A program made the position numbers and the translations under genes. Positions 13,760 to 25,285 of a stretch of DNA of 64,000 nucleotides are shown here, piece by piece. The notes below the pieces were generated by a model, which saw only the letters and a list, made by a program, of their open reading frames with translations, was not told where the DNA came from and did not search any database. Source of the DNA: Hydrolagus colliei (taxonomy: Eukaryota); NCBI GenBank assembly GCA_035084275.1, contig CM068742.1:2728001-2792000 (forward strand). Direction: 5' to 3'. Each line of letters begins with the position of its first letter. Position 1 is the stretch's first letter.

Positions 13760-14250
13760 AAGTATGGTATTTTGCATGAAAAGTATGATTCCTTTCTTCT
13801 CAAAGTTTTGAATACATTTCATGAACAAAAGGAATCCAGGGGAGCATCCTTAAGGAATTGTACTGGTCACTGCTGCCACAGTGAAATTATTCTGATGAAT
13901 AGCTTCTATTTCCTGTCTATTATCTAGACAATTCATATCCAATTTGTAACTTCCTCCTTGATCACACAAGTACTTCAGGTTAGCCATGGGTCTCCTACAA
14001 GGGGCCTCATCAAATTCATTCTTTAAGTCAAGATTTATAATATACCATCTTCATCCATTCAGTCACATCTTCAAAGAATTGCAATGCATTTGTTTCATGA
14101 ATGCATACTTCCTTTGATTCATCATCACCTTGGTTCCCAGGAGCCCCATTTTAAAGAAAACTTCCTTCGTAAGAGAATTCAGTATCTTTCCACTGCTGAT
14201 GTAAAATCGAGAAACAAGTTTGACCTTTCCTGAAGACTGGAATCACATTT

Positions 14251-15535
14251 CAACAACAACAAAATTACATTTGTATTCGCACCTTTCACATCAGGAGGAC
14301 CTCGCAAGGCACTGGACAGTCACTGGTGTCGAAGGTAGAGATAGAAAAATAGAGTTGGTGTCATCCGCATACACGTGGAAGTTAATCCCATGTCTCGGGA
14401 TGATGTCATGTAGATGTTGAAAAGTAGGGGACCAAGGACAGAGCCCTGGGGGACGCCACAGGTGACAGTGCGGGCGCTGGAAGAGAAACCATTGGTGGCG
14501 ACAAAGTGGAGATGATGGGAGAAGTAAGAGTCAAACAAGGCGAGGGCAGGTCCGCAGAGATTGAGGGAGGAGAGGCGGTGTAGAAGGATGGAATGATCGA
14601 CAGTGTCGAAGGCAGCAGGGAGGGCAAGGAGGACAAGGAGGCAAAGAGAGCGCTGGTCGCAGATGTTTAGAATGTCGTTAGAGACTTTGACCAGGGTTGT
14701 CTCTGTTCTATGGGCAGCATGGAAGCCAGATTGAAGGGGTTCAAGGAGAGAGTCTTGAGAGGGAAATGAGGGAAATGAGCGAAGCTGGGAAGCAACGACT
14801 CATTTCAGGGCCTTGGAGAGGAATGGGAGGTTGGAGATGGGGCGATAGCTGGAGAGTATGGATGGGTCCAGAGAAGGTTTTCTCAAGATAGGGGTGATGA
14901 CAGCAGTTTTTAGAGGAGTGGGAACACTGCCAGTGGATAGGGAGAGGTAGGAGGGGGAGCTAGGAGATGGATCTGGGAGATAAGAACATAAGAACATAAG
15001 AACATAAGAATTAGGAGCAGGAGTAGGCCATTCGTCCCTTCGAGCCTGCTCCGCCATTCAATAAGATCATGGCTGATCTTCTCACCTAACTCTGATTACC
15101 TGCCCTATCCCCATATCCCCTAATCCCTCTATTTTTCAAAAATCTATCAGTCACAGCCTCGAAAATGTTCAAGGACTGAGCATCTACAGCCTTCTGGGGT
15201 AGTAAATTCCATAAACTTACTACCCTCTGAGTGAAGAAATGTTTCCTCAACTCTGTTCTAAAAGGCTGGCCCTTCATTTTAAGACTGTGACCCCTGGTTA
15301 GAGATTCTCCTACCAGGGGAAACAGTCCCTCAGTGTCTAGATGAGCAGAGAGGTGGGGATGGGGTCAAGGGAGCAGGTGGTGGGTTTCATTTTACGGAAG
15401 AGAGCAGAGAGGGTAGGGGGAGACATAGGGTAGAAGGTAATTTAATGGGGGGTGGGAGGGAGGTGGATCCTGGAGGGGAGGTAGTGGGGAGGTAGTGGAG
15501 GATGGGGGTAGAGGTGGCTGAATGGATCCACTTGA
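14251..15535 (-). mobile_element. L2 LINE with internal deletion, interrupted by a CR1
   Basis: minus ORFs carry TCGVPQGSVLGPLLFNIYM, YRPISNLPFLSK and GSVPTPLKTAVITPIL; L2 tail at 14251; sequence resumes at 15339 after the CR1. Confidence 0.85.
14980..15338 (-). mobile_element. CR1 family 1 3' end nested in L2
   Basis: repeated CATAAGAA tail units; KGQPFRTELRKHFFTQRVV; AGAT on both sides of the insertion. Confidence 0.93.
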
Positions 15536-16249
15536 TTTTTGATTGGAGGAAATCCATCATCTCCTCGCAGATTTTCATTGTAACCCTCCTTCATCCCATA
15601 TATCATTTGGTAATCTCATACATATTGTATTGCAGATTTGAAAATCACGCAATCCAGACGCCTCTATACAATTTTAATGAGTTGAATATTGGATTCAAGG
15701 AGTCAAAGTGGAGACTTGGTGCAGTAATGATGTTCTGCTTCTTAATGTCCAGAGAACCTTATAAATACATTTACTAAATGCTCCACTGACATCCAGTGGG
15801 GGATCATAAAGTAATACTAAAAATCCTTCATTGTATGAAACCATTAGGCTCTTCGATCCTCACCAAAGCAATTTATTACAATGACAGTCAATCCAGTGTA
15901 TACAGGGACATTCTAGTTTGGATCTAACATTGCTCAGAGGAGGAAGGAATGCCACCTGGATCTAGATTTACACCATTATCATTTCAGAATACAGAGTTTG
16001 GCAATTTTTTAAATGCACTCTTGAAAAGAAGCCAGTTAAAAACAGCTCCATTTTAGGATTGCCTTTAAAAAGTTCCTAACTCTCTGAATTACAATTCCTG
16101 ATGAAATAGAGCAAATCCATCCCATGGTAGAATTTCTCCAGCCCCATCCCACATACAGTATATTCTGATACCTTTACTTAAGTTACATTTTATTGATATG
16201 CTGTGAGTTTTGTGTTTATATTTCAGGATAATAGCATTTGCTGACACAT

Positions 16250-16592
16250 CCGCTGAGATTGTGGGTATGTGGATTCACTAGCCTCAAAGAATATAGATGC
16301 TGGATCAATTTATATATTTAAGAGAGGAATATATCAATATTTCATGTGCAGGTATACCAGGGAAGGAATATCAGAACTATGGTTAAAGAGCCAGCATTTA
16401 AAAAATATATATATATTTATTCATAAATATATTTATAACACGAATCCAAAACCAAATCCAAAAAATCTGCACACAAGTCGTGTCCTTATTTTTCTGAGTT
16501 CGCTCCCACGATATAGTACTAAATTATATTTCAGCCTGGTCTAATAAAATGGTGGAGCGGGCTCACTGGGCTGAATAGTCCACTCCTGTTCC
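16250..16592 (+). mobile_element. old CR1 3' end relic
   Basis: ATGGTGGAGCGGGCTC..GGGCTGAATAGTCCACTCCTGTTCCT matches the CR1 3' UTR. Confidence 0.6.
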
Positions 16593-17117
16593 TACCTTTT
16601 GATGAGGTCTTCACGGTTGAATACGCTTAAACAGCAATATACAGCACCAAATCTAATTTAGAACAATGAGCTCTCAAACATTTAGTACAGGAGGAAATGA
16701 TGCATCTAATTGTGCGTTGTGATGTTTTAAATATTTTCTTAAAATAAAGTATATTAGATGTCATTACAATAGTGTATCATGGAAGGTAATTTAACCGTAA
16801 CATAGGTCTTTTGAACTTGGTCTGAAATTTCTCACAGTCTTCATCTTCATATCTTCAATTATCAATGTCCCATTAATAATTTACGTTAATACAACACCTT
16901 TCATATTGGAGAAGTCACTTTACAGAGACTGAGTTGGATCCTGAGCTGAGTGAATTGGGGAGGTGGGAGGCTGAAGCTGCTAAAAGCACAGTCAGAAGGA
17001 GTGTTGTGGTTTGAATGAAATTCACAGATACTGTATAGGTTTTGCGAGCTGGCTTCAGCACCCAGGGAGGTTGATGTGGTCAGCGCCCGAGGAAAGCCAA
17101 GTAGGAGAGCCTCAGGA

Positions 17118-17281
17118 GCTTTAATTTATAAGATGGTGAGGAAATGTAGAAAATTCTCTAATCTAGCATTGATTTGAAAACTGGCATGTTTGCTGTTCAT
17201 ACAAAACTGCAGAAAACAGCTTTCAAATGTGTCCAGGGTTATGATTTTTCCACAATTCTGCGCACTCTTAAAATTTAGGGC
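17118..17281. mobile_element. degenerate palindromic MITE-like relic
   Basis: left GCTTTAATTTATAAGATGGTGAGGAAATGTAGAAAA resembles the reverse complement of the right end (GCCCTAAATTTTAAGAGTGCGCAGAATTGTGGAAAA). Confidence 0.4.
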
Positions 17282-18307
17282 AATGGTATTAAAAGCTACA
17301 AAAATAAAGGTTTGCAGAATTTGATCTTGGAGTTTACTTCAACTAAAAAGATAGTGAGATGCCAGGAGGGAAGTCACAGATTTGACACAGCCTTGGTTCA
17401 GCAAGCAATGATTAATTCTGCATTTAAACCAACACAGGGGGTGGGGGACAATACCACAGGCAGAACAAGCAATACAAGCACTGACATTCAATGTAGATAT
17501 TTTGCATAGTCACAGAACACTGAATTGCACTATAATTGGAAACACTGCTAACATCGGTAGTGAATACAAATAAAACAAATTATGTTAAAATGTCAGCAGC
17601 ACCTTTCGTCTCTTTGCTATCTACTGCCTGTCACACTTTAGAGGCTTCACTTGTTCGCTGTGCAAATACCTAAATAATCTTTTATTACTGCACCTGACAA
17701 ATTTTGTTTACTTGATAAGTTTTTGCCAAACGCTACCGTGTGTCACGGTGAATATCAGTGTTTTAGGCGTGCTATTTTCATCTCTGATTCATCACTTTTT
17801 AGCCCACTTTATCGATCTGCCTCATGTAAGCCAATGTCTTCTCTTGATACTAAATGGGCATTGCAACAATTCCCGTAAACTCTTTGCTGAACATCAATAT
17901 CTGCAATAATAAAATAATAATCCTTACATTTAAGTGTGGTGCCTTGTGTTGGGTATCCCTTTAAGAAATTGATAGCAAATAAGAAGGAGCCACCGGTATA
18001 GAAAAAGGTGTATGAAAGGATGATAGGAAGAGTTCCCTGGGTGGCTGGAGATCAGATTATGAGCTGAGAATAAACAAGTTAACATCTACACTTGATTTGT
18101 GAGATTTCTTGCAGTTGGAGACTGATATTTTTAAACCTTTCATGCCAGGAGGATGTCTCAAATTACTTCACACGATATACTATAAAAATTTAATTTGCTA
18201 TTGCGATATTTAGTTCCTATCTCGGCCTGGGCAGTTGTTGAATTCTTTAATGTGTCCATCCAATATGAAAGGCGCAATATCAATGTAAACTGCATCGTAA
18301 AAAGCTT

Positions 18308-18420
18308 TCAGTAATAAAAATAATCCTTGCATTTGATATAGTGCTTTTCACATCTCCTAAACATTTCAAAGAGCTTCACAGAAGATACTGTAAAGTGAAT
18401 TGACTGTATATTTGTGGGCG
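18308..18420 (-). mobile_element. young SINE 3' tail fragment
   Basis: AATCCTTGCATTTGATATAG...GACTGTATATTTGTGGGCG. Confidence 0.85.
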
Positions 18421-18570
18421 ATTGGGAGGGGAGGGCAAGGTTGATTGGAGCAGAAGCAAACTGATATAGAAAAGTAGATATCGAGTCCTGTAGCTCACTC
18501 GTCTTACAAGCTAGAGAACTGTGTTCAAATCTAGGCAGGGTGAAAACTTGGGCAAGTTTCCTTACTCCAC

Positions 18571-21050
18571 ATAGATTCATAGATTCATAGAATTTTACGG
18601 CACAAAAGGAGGCCATTCGGCCCATCTAGTCTGTGCCGGCTCTTTGAAAAGAGCGATTCAATCCCACTGCCCTGCCCGCTCCCCATAGCCTAATAGACCC
18701 GTTCTCCCTAAATAAAGATCTAATTCCCTTTTAAAAGTTGTTATCGAATCAGCCTCCACCACCTTTTCAGGCAATGCATTCCAGATTCGAACAACTCGCT
18801 GAGTGAAAAAAATTCTCCTCAGCTCCCCTCTACTTCGCTTTGAAACTATTTTAAATCTGTGACCATGAGTCACAGATTCACCCACGAGTGTAAATAGTTT
18901 TTCTCCATTTGCCCTGTCGAAACCCCTCATGATCTTATAAACCTCTATTAGGTCTCCCCTCAATCTTCTCTGCTCCAGAGAGAATAACCCTAGCCTATCT
19001 AGCCTCTCCTCATAGCTGAAGTCCCTCAATCATGGCACCATCCTAGTAAATCTTCGTTGTACCCTTTCCAATGCCTTCACATCCTTTCTGTAGTGTGGTG
19101 ACCAGAATTGAACACAGTATTCCAGCTGAGGCCTCACCAAAGTCTTATAGAGGTTAGTCAGCACTTCCTGACTTTTGTACTCTATACCCCTATTTATACA
19201 GCCTAGTATCCCATATGCCTTCTTCACAGCCTTGACTACCTGTCCTGCCACCTTCAAAGAGTCACTAACACAAATCCCCAGGTCTCTCTGTTCCTTTACA
19301 CCATTTAAAATTGTACTATCTAGCCTATATTGCCTCCCTTCATTTCTTCTCCCAAAATGCATCACCTCACACTTCTCTGCATTAAACTTCATCTGCCATG
19401 TGTCTGCCCACTTTACCAATTTGTCTATATCCTCTTGCAGATGGCTACTATCCTCCTCACTATTTACTATTCTCCCTAACTTAGTGTCATCTGCAAACTT
19501 GGAAACTGTACTCCGTACACCCAAGTCCAGATCATTGATGTAGATTACAAACAGCAATGGTCCCAAAACTGATCCCTGTGGCACACCACTGCTCACTTCC
19601 CTCCAATCTGAAAAACAGCCGCTCACTACAACTCTCTGCTTTCTGTCTCGCAGCCAGTTGTGGATCCACGCTGCCACTGTCCCTTTTACGCCATGGGCCT
19701 TTAATTTCATAATAAGTCTCTCATGTGGCACTTTGTCAAATGCCTTTTGAAAGTCCATGTAAACTACATCAACTGCGCTACCATTATCCACCCATTCCGT
19801 TACCTCATCAAAAAATTCTATCAGATTTGTAAGGCAAGATTTGCCTTTAACAAATCCATGTTGACTGTCCTTTATTAGCCTATATCTTTCTAAGTGAAGA
19901 TCTACCTTGTCCCTGATTATGGACTCTAGAAGTTTGCCCACTACCGACGTTAGACTGACTGGTCTGTAGTTACCAGGCTTGTCCTTCTGCCCCTTTTTAT
20001 ACAAGGGGTAACATTAGCTATCCTCCAGTCCTCTGGCACGACCCCTGTGTCCAAGGAAGATTGAAAGAACGATCTTTCAATCTGGCCACGAGGGACTCTG
20101 GCCACGAGGCCAGAGTCCCTGCTATTTGCTCCCTTGCCTCACTTAGTAACCTAGGGTGCCTCCCATCCGGACCAGGTGACTTATCCACCTTGAGCGACGT
20201 CAACCTTTTTAGCACTTCCTCTCTGGTTATAATTATTCTATCCATTTCTCCTACACTCTCCTCTAATACCATGGCATTGGCTGTATCATTTTCTTTTGTG
20301 AAGACAGAGGCGAAGTACTCATTCAGTTCATCAGCCATGCCCTCTGCCTCCACAATGAGATTTCCTCCTAGGTCCCTAATTGGCCCCACCCTATCCTTGA
20401 CCAACCTTTTACTCTTAATATGTTGGTAAAAAACCTTAGGGTTCCCCTTAATCTTACTCGCTAATTGTTTTTCATGCAGTCTCTTTGCCCCTCTAACTTC
20501 CTTTTTTAGTTCTATCCTACACTTCCTATATTCTGCTTTGTTCCCTTCTGAATTTTGAGCCTGACACTTATCATAAGCCTCTTTTTGTTTTTGTTTTATT
20601 TTGGCCCCGATTTCCTTAGTCATCCAGGGAGGTTTGGATGCCTTACATTTCACCTTTGTGGGGATGCTTTTGACCTGTGCCTGAACTATCTCCTCTTTGA
20701 ACGCTGCCCACTGCTCGTTAGTTGTCTTACCTGCCAATTTTTCTTTCCAATCCACCTTGGCTAGGTCCCACCTCAACTCATTGAAATTAGCCCTTTTCCA
20801 GTTGAGTGTCCTCACCTGTGATCGTTCCTTATCCCTTTCCATAATTATTCTGAATCTAACGATATTGTGGTCACTATTCCCTAGATGCTCACCTACAGAA
20901 ACCTGTTGAACTTGCCCTACCTCATTTCCCAAAACTAGATCCAGCAATGCTTCTTTCCTCGTTGGACTGGAAACATACTGATCAAGAAAGTTGTCCTGCA
21001 CACACTTCAGGAATTCTTCTCCCTCCTTGCCCTTTACTCTACTATTCTGC
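18571..21050 (-). mobile_element. CR1 LINE family 2, ~2.5 kb, 5'-truncated
   Basis: ORF2 from the endonuclease end (LLDLVL, LGNSDHN) through RT (NYRPVSLTS, FADDTK) to the C-terminus; tail unit ATAGATTC on + strand. Confidence 0.97.
18658..21001 (-). pseudogene. CR1 ORF2 (endonuclease C-terminus plus RT), disrupted
   Basis: three ORF pieces; one in-frame TGA at 19030-19032 and one frameshifting insertion at ~20069-20107. Confidence 0.93.
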
Positions 21051-21264
21051 CCAATAATAATATTCCTTCAAAAAATCTCTATAGTAAATTGGTCATTTGA
21101 ATCCATGACTGTTTGTGGGACACTGCTATGCGCAATTGGCTGCTGTGTTTCACCCATAAATATACAGTCAATTCACTTTACAGTATATTCTGTGAAGCAG
21201 TCTGAGATGTCCAGAAGATGTGAAAAGTGCGATATGAAATGCAAGGAATATTATAATTATATGG

Positions 21265-21620
21265 AGGGGTAGTATGTTGGAGTACTTGACAGTGGCGGAG
21301 TCTGACCCCCAAGCCAAGAGGAGAGAGAGGGGGAGGTGACCATAAGCATGACCAAACTGTGAGGTTTGAAGGTAAGAGTTCCAGAGTTTAGGAGTGTAGT
21401 AGCTGAAGGCACGGCCACCAATGGTAGAGCAGAGGGGACGAGGGACAAACTGGAGGATGGAGCCAGCTGAGCGGATATAGCAGGTGGTCGAGTGGTGGGC
21501 AAGCAGATCAGACAGATAGGGAGCTGCGAGAACATGAAGGGATTTGAAAATGAGTGAGAGGATCTTGGAAAGTTGTTGGAAAGTTGGGAGCCAGTGAAGC
21601 CTGGAAAGGACTGGTGTGAT
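21265..21620 (-). mobile_element. degraded L2 fragment
   Basis: GTTCCAGAGTTT..GCTGAAGGCACGGCCACC, reverse complement of GGRAFS..LWN coding sequence. Confidence 0.7.
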
Positions 21621-23293
21621 AGACGTATGACGTTTTGTATGGGTGAGTATCCGGGCATATTCTGTAGTTTGGGTCTAATTCTGTTCGCCGATTGGGGAGT
21701 ATTAGCCAGAATTTTTTTTCCCGAAAAGACTAGATTGAAATGGAACGCAAGATGGAACATAATCTGTGGAAGGAGCGAGCGATATTGGCAGAATGACCTT
21801 TTTCCTTCTGTACTTTTTTTTGCTTCAATACAGGGAGCTGCAATTGCTTTGTGTTTTCTTTATTTCCAGAAGCTCATTACGATAAAAGCGGAGAGGCCCA
21901 TGATCGAGCATGTCCCATCTTTGTGTCAGCCTGAATACAGCCCGTTCTGTGTTCCTGTAACTGCTGTATATCGGGATTGATTTTGTTTTAACCTGGGCTA
22001 GGTGGCAGTCCCTGGTGGTTGTTTTAACCTTGAATGTTCGTGAATGGTGAGGGCGTGTACCTATCAGGGGAGCCCAGCATTCATTAATCGTGCATTAAGA
22101 GGGCATGATTGATTGCAATTTCAACCCCCTCTCCTGACCTCCAGCTTTCACCCCCCCACACCCCGCCCCCCCACACCCCCAATCGTAAAAGTTTGCATCA
22201 CCAATACAATATAAAATACAATTAAACATTACATTTATATAGTATCTTTTCACGTTGGAAGGATGCCCCATAATTGTCAGGCAATGGCTTAACATATGTT
22301 TTCTGAGACCAACATGTGAAGTTGCGAACTGTAGATGCTGTGAGAAATAGTACTCACAACAATAATCTCCAAATCTTTTTTTTCTGAAATATCAGGGACC
22401 AAACAGATCCATTTCATCAGCAGCAGCAACAACAACTTCAATTTATATAGCTCCCTCCCTCCCTCCACTCCGGATGGCATCCCAGAGCGCTTTTCTTCTT
22501 TCTGCCAGCTTGTTGAGTTTAGACATTTGGGCAAAGTGTTTATTTTTCGAAATCTAACTCATCACTACTCAGCCCTCCTCCTGATGATGAATGATAGGAA
22601 TTTATTTAGACTATATTCCTTTGAGGCTACAAAATAAATGAAAAACAAAAAATATATGTACACCATTACCATCTATCGGATTATTCACACAAGTGTGATT
22701 TTCCTCCATTTTAAAAAAAGCAACAAAATCAGATAAACAATTATTGAAACAATCTGCAAAGCAAAAGGATTCTCAAAGCAATACACCCAATCAACTTTCT
22801 CATCTCAGCCTTCTATTCTGCACTGCACATCATCTCATAGGTTACAAAACATATCGACAAAATACTGTGGCTCTTTGTAGTGAATAGGTAAAATATTGAT
22901 AATGAATAACCCTGGTGAAAATCGAATATATGGATTTCTTTCTTTTTTACACAAAAGATTTTACAGGGAAAGTATTGTGTATTTTCTTGTAAGAAAACAT
23001 GAAGACTGCAAAAAGTGTAACAAGCTGCTCACGACTAATCCACAGTCACTACAATTCACCGTCATTCCTGTGAAATGTTTTAAGATGCGAAAGGTGTTAC
23101 ATAATAATTATAATAATCCTCAATGTGGATTTCAACAACAACAACAACTTTTTCATGTCAAGAGGACTTTGCACAGTGCTTTACGAAGTGCAGTGTAATT
23201 ACTATATTCTGTCGACGCACATGCTAGCCAAGTTGCACCCAGCAATGTTCCACTAACAGCTATGAAACGGATGAGCATCTTTATTTGGGGGAT

Positions 23294-24000
23294 GGCTGAC
23301 CAGGACATATATAACAACAACTTTGATTTATATAGCGCCCTCCACGCCGGACGGCGTCTCAGAGCGCTTCACAGTAATGGATCCCAGGACCGAGCCAGAG
23401 GCAACAACAACAACAACAATTTACATTTATATAGCGCCTTTCACGTCGGGGGGACGTCCCAAGGCGCTAAACAAGAGGCGTGTGACCCGAGCTGGGAGGG
23501 GAGTGTTTGGGAAGGGGTGAAACACGAAGGGGAGGTAAAAGAGTTCGGGGTGGAACAAAAGGCACGATCGAAGAGGAAAGTCTTCAAACCGGCCTTGAAA
23601 GAGGAAAGGGAAGAGGCGAAACGGAGGGATTGAGGGATGGCATTCCATAAGGTGGGAGCGGAGAAACTGAAGGCCCGGCCTCCGATGGTGGGGCGGTTCG
23701 GGCGGGGGGCTTGGAGCAGGCCAAGTCCGTTTGAACGGAGGGCCCGGGTGGGCGTGTAGGGGGAGAGTAGATCGGCTAGGTAAAGAGGCAGGGGCAGAAA
23801 GGTGACCAAAGGCACTGTCGAAGAGAAAGGTCTTTAGCTGAGACCTGAAACTGGGAAGAGAGGGGGGGGCGAGGTGAAGGGAGTGAGGAAGGGAGTTCCA
23901 GAGCCTCGGGGCGTAGTGGCTGAAGGCACGGCCGCCAATGATGGAGCGGAGGAATCGGGGGACAAGCAGGAGGCCAGACCCAGTGAAGCAAAGGCAACGG
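23294..24000 (-). mobile_element. L2 family B 3' end, interrupted by an L2 family A copy
   Basis: tail 23294-23403 and continuation 23784-24000 match the 2974-3270 copy. Confidence 0.9.
23404..23783 (-). mobile_element. young L2 family A 3' end with 7-bp TSD
   Basis: near-identical to 56790-57172; AGAGGCA at 23397-23403 and 23784-23790. Confidence 0.95.
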
Positions 24001-24004
24001 GGAG

Positions 24005-24415
24005 GAGTCGCCGATGAAGAGGAGAGTCTTGAGGCGAGACTTGAAGGAGGCCAGGGAGGGTGCGAGGCAGAGGCACTTTCGGGATCGAGTACCAGAGGTT
24101 GGGGGCAGAGTGACTGAAGGCTCGCCCACCAATGTTTGAGTGGGTGGGTCGGGGGACATGGAGCAGGCCAGAGTCTGCTGAGTGGAGGGGGTGGGCAGAT
24201 TGGTAAGGGGATAGGAGGTCACAGATGTAGGATGGGCGCGGAGTTGGTTGGCAACAACGCATTCGAGTGCTTCGGCAAGGAAGGGCAGGTTAGAAATAGG
24301 GCAGTAATGGCTCGGGTTTGAAGGATCTAGGGTAGGATTTTTGAGGAGGGGGTAATGGCAGCAGTTTTGAGGGGGGCAGGGACTGATCCTGTGAAGAAGG
24401 ACTGGTTGATGATGT
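24005..24415 (-). mobile_element. additional L2 fragments (C-terminus and pre-RT region)
   Basis: SNIGGRAFSHSAPNLW in ORF 23834-24262; N.PFL-like region near 24270-24310. Confidence 0.8.
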
Positions 24416-24984
24416 AAAACGCATCAATTATTATCACAAAATATTTAAAGTGGATTACCCCAATCTGGAGTATTACTGTAGTTCTAATGTATTTCTGCTT
24501 TTATAACTACAAATTAACTTATTAAATTATATTCCATTACACTGACTCACACAAGAAATTCTGCACTATCTTGCTGTTTACCAGGTACCCAGCAATATTA
24601 AAAGCTAGAGAGAATACACAAAGGGTGGGGGGTGGGGGGGGGGGGGCTGGGGGGGGGGAAATTAAATATTCAGACAGCAAACACAGTGCTGTTTCCCCAA
24701 CTAATGTAATTGCCATGGAAAATTTATTTTATTACAATGCTTTGCATAAAATGGCCCCCAGCATTAACATTTTCCATATTCATTGTAATTTCACATGGAT
24801 TGTAGCAGAAAGCAGCCAGAAATGTGACATTGTAGCTTTGTAGCAAGGCTTTCCGAAGCTTATTGAAGAGCTGAGTGGCAACCAGTCAACTGAAACTTTA
24901 AAATTAAAAATCTGAATTGGAAAAAGAAACCAGTTTGTTTGCTTGATAAACAATTGACTTATTCCATTCCAAGTGGGAGTAAGA

Positions 24985-25285
24985 ATAATTATTGCGTTTG
25001 TTTAAAGCACCTTATCACTTTGAGACATCTCAGAGCGCTTTGCAGCTTTTTCTATAAAGTGCAGTGATTCTGTTTTTGTAAGTGAAAGTCACAGCGCACA
25101 GTAATGTCCCACAAAGAGCCACTAAGTAAATTACTAATTATTTTATTTGGGAGACTGTTATAGATTGGGCATTGGGAAAAATTCCCCTCCCTTTTTCAAT
25201 AATGCCATGGAATTTGTAACATCCCGATCGTACCTCGGTTTGAAGCCTTCTCTGAAGGGCCACATCTCCGATATTCCAGCATCTA
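24985..25285 (-). mobile_element. old DeuSINE relic
   Basis: CACAGTAATGTCCCACAAA, AATGCCATGGAATTTGTAACATCC and CCTCGGTTT Deu-core remnants plus tail. Confidence 0.65.

Larger units (their letters stand above)
18483..21260 (+). mobile_element. young SINE split by a CR1 (head 18483-18570, body and tail 21050-21260)
   Basis: head ends ...TTACTCCAC and the body resumes CCAATAATAAT, contiguous in the intact copy at 40892. Confidence 0.88.

Noticed and set aside
14980-15010. Short tandem 8-mers, and dispersed repeated tails, as a CRISPR-like array
   Set aside because: These are CR1 and L2 3' terminal repeats in eukaryotic DNA; there is no repeat-spacer periodicity
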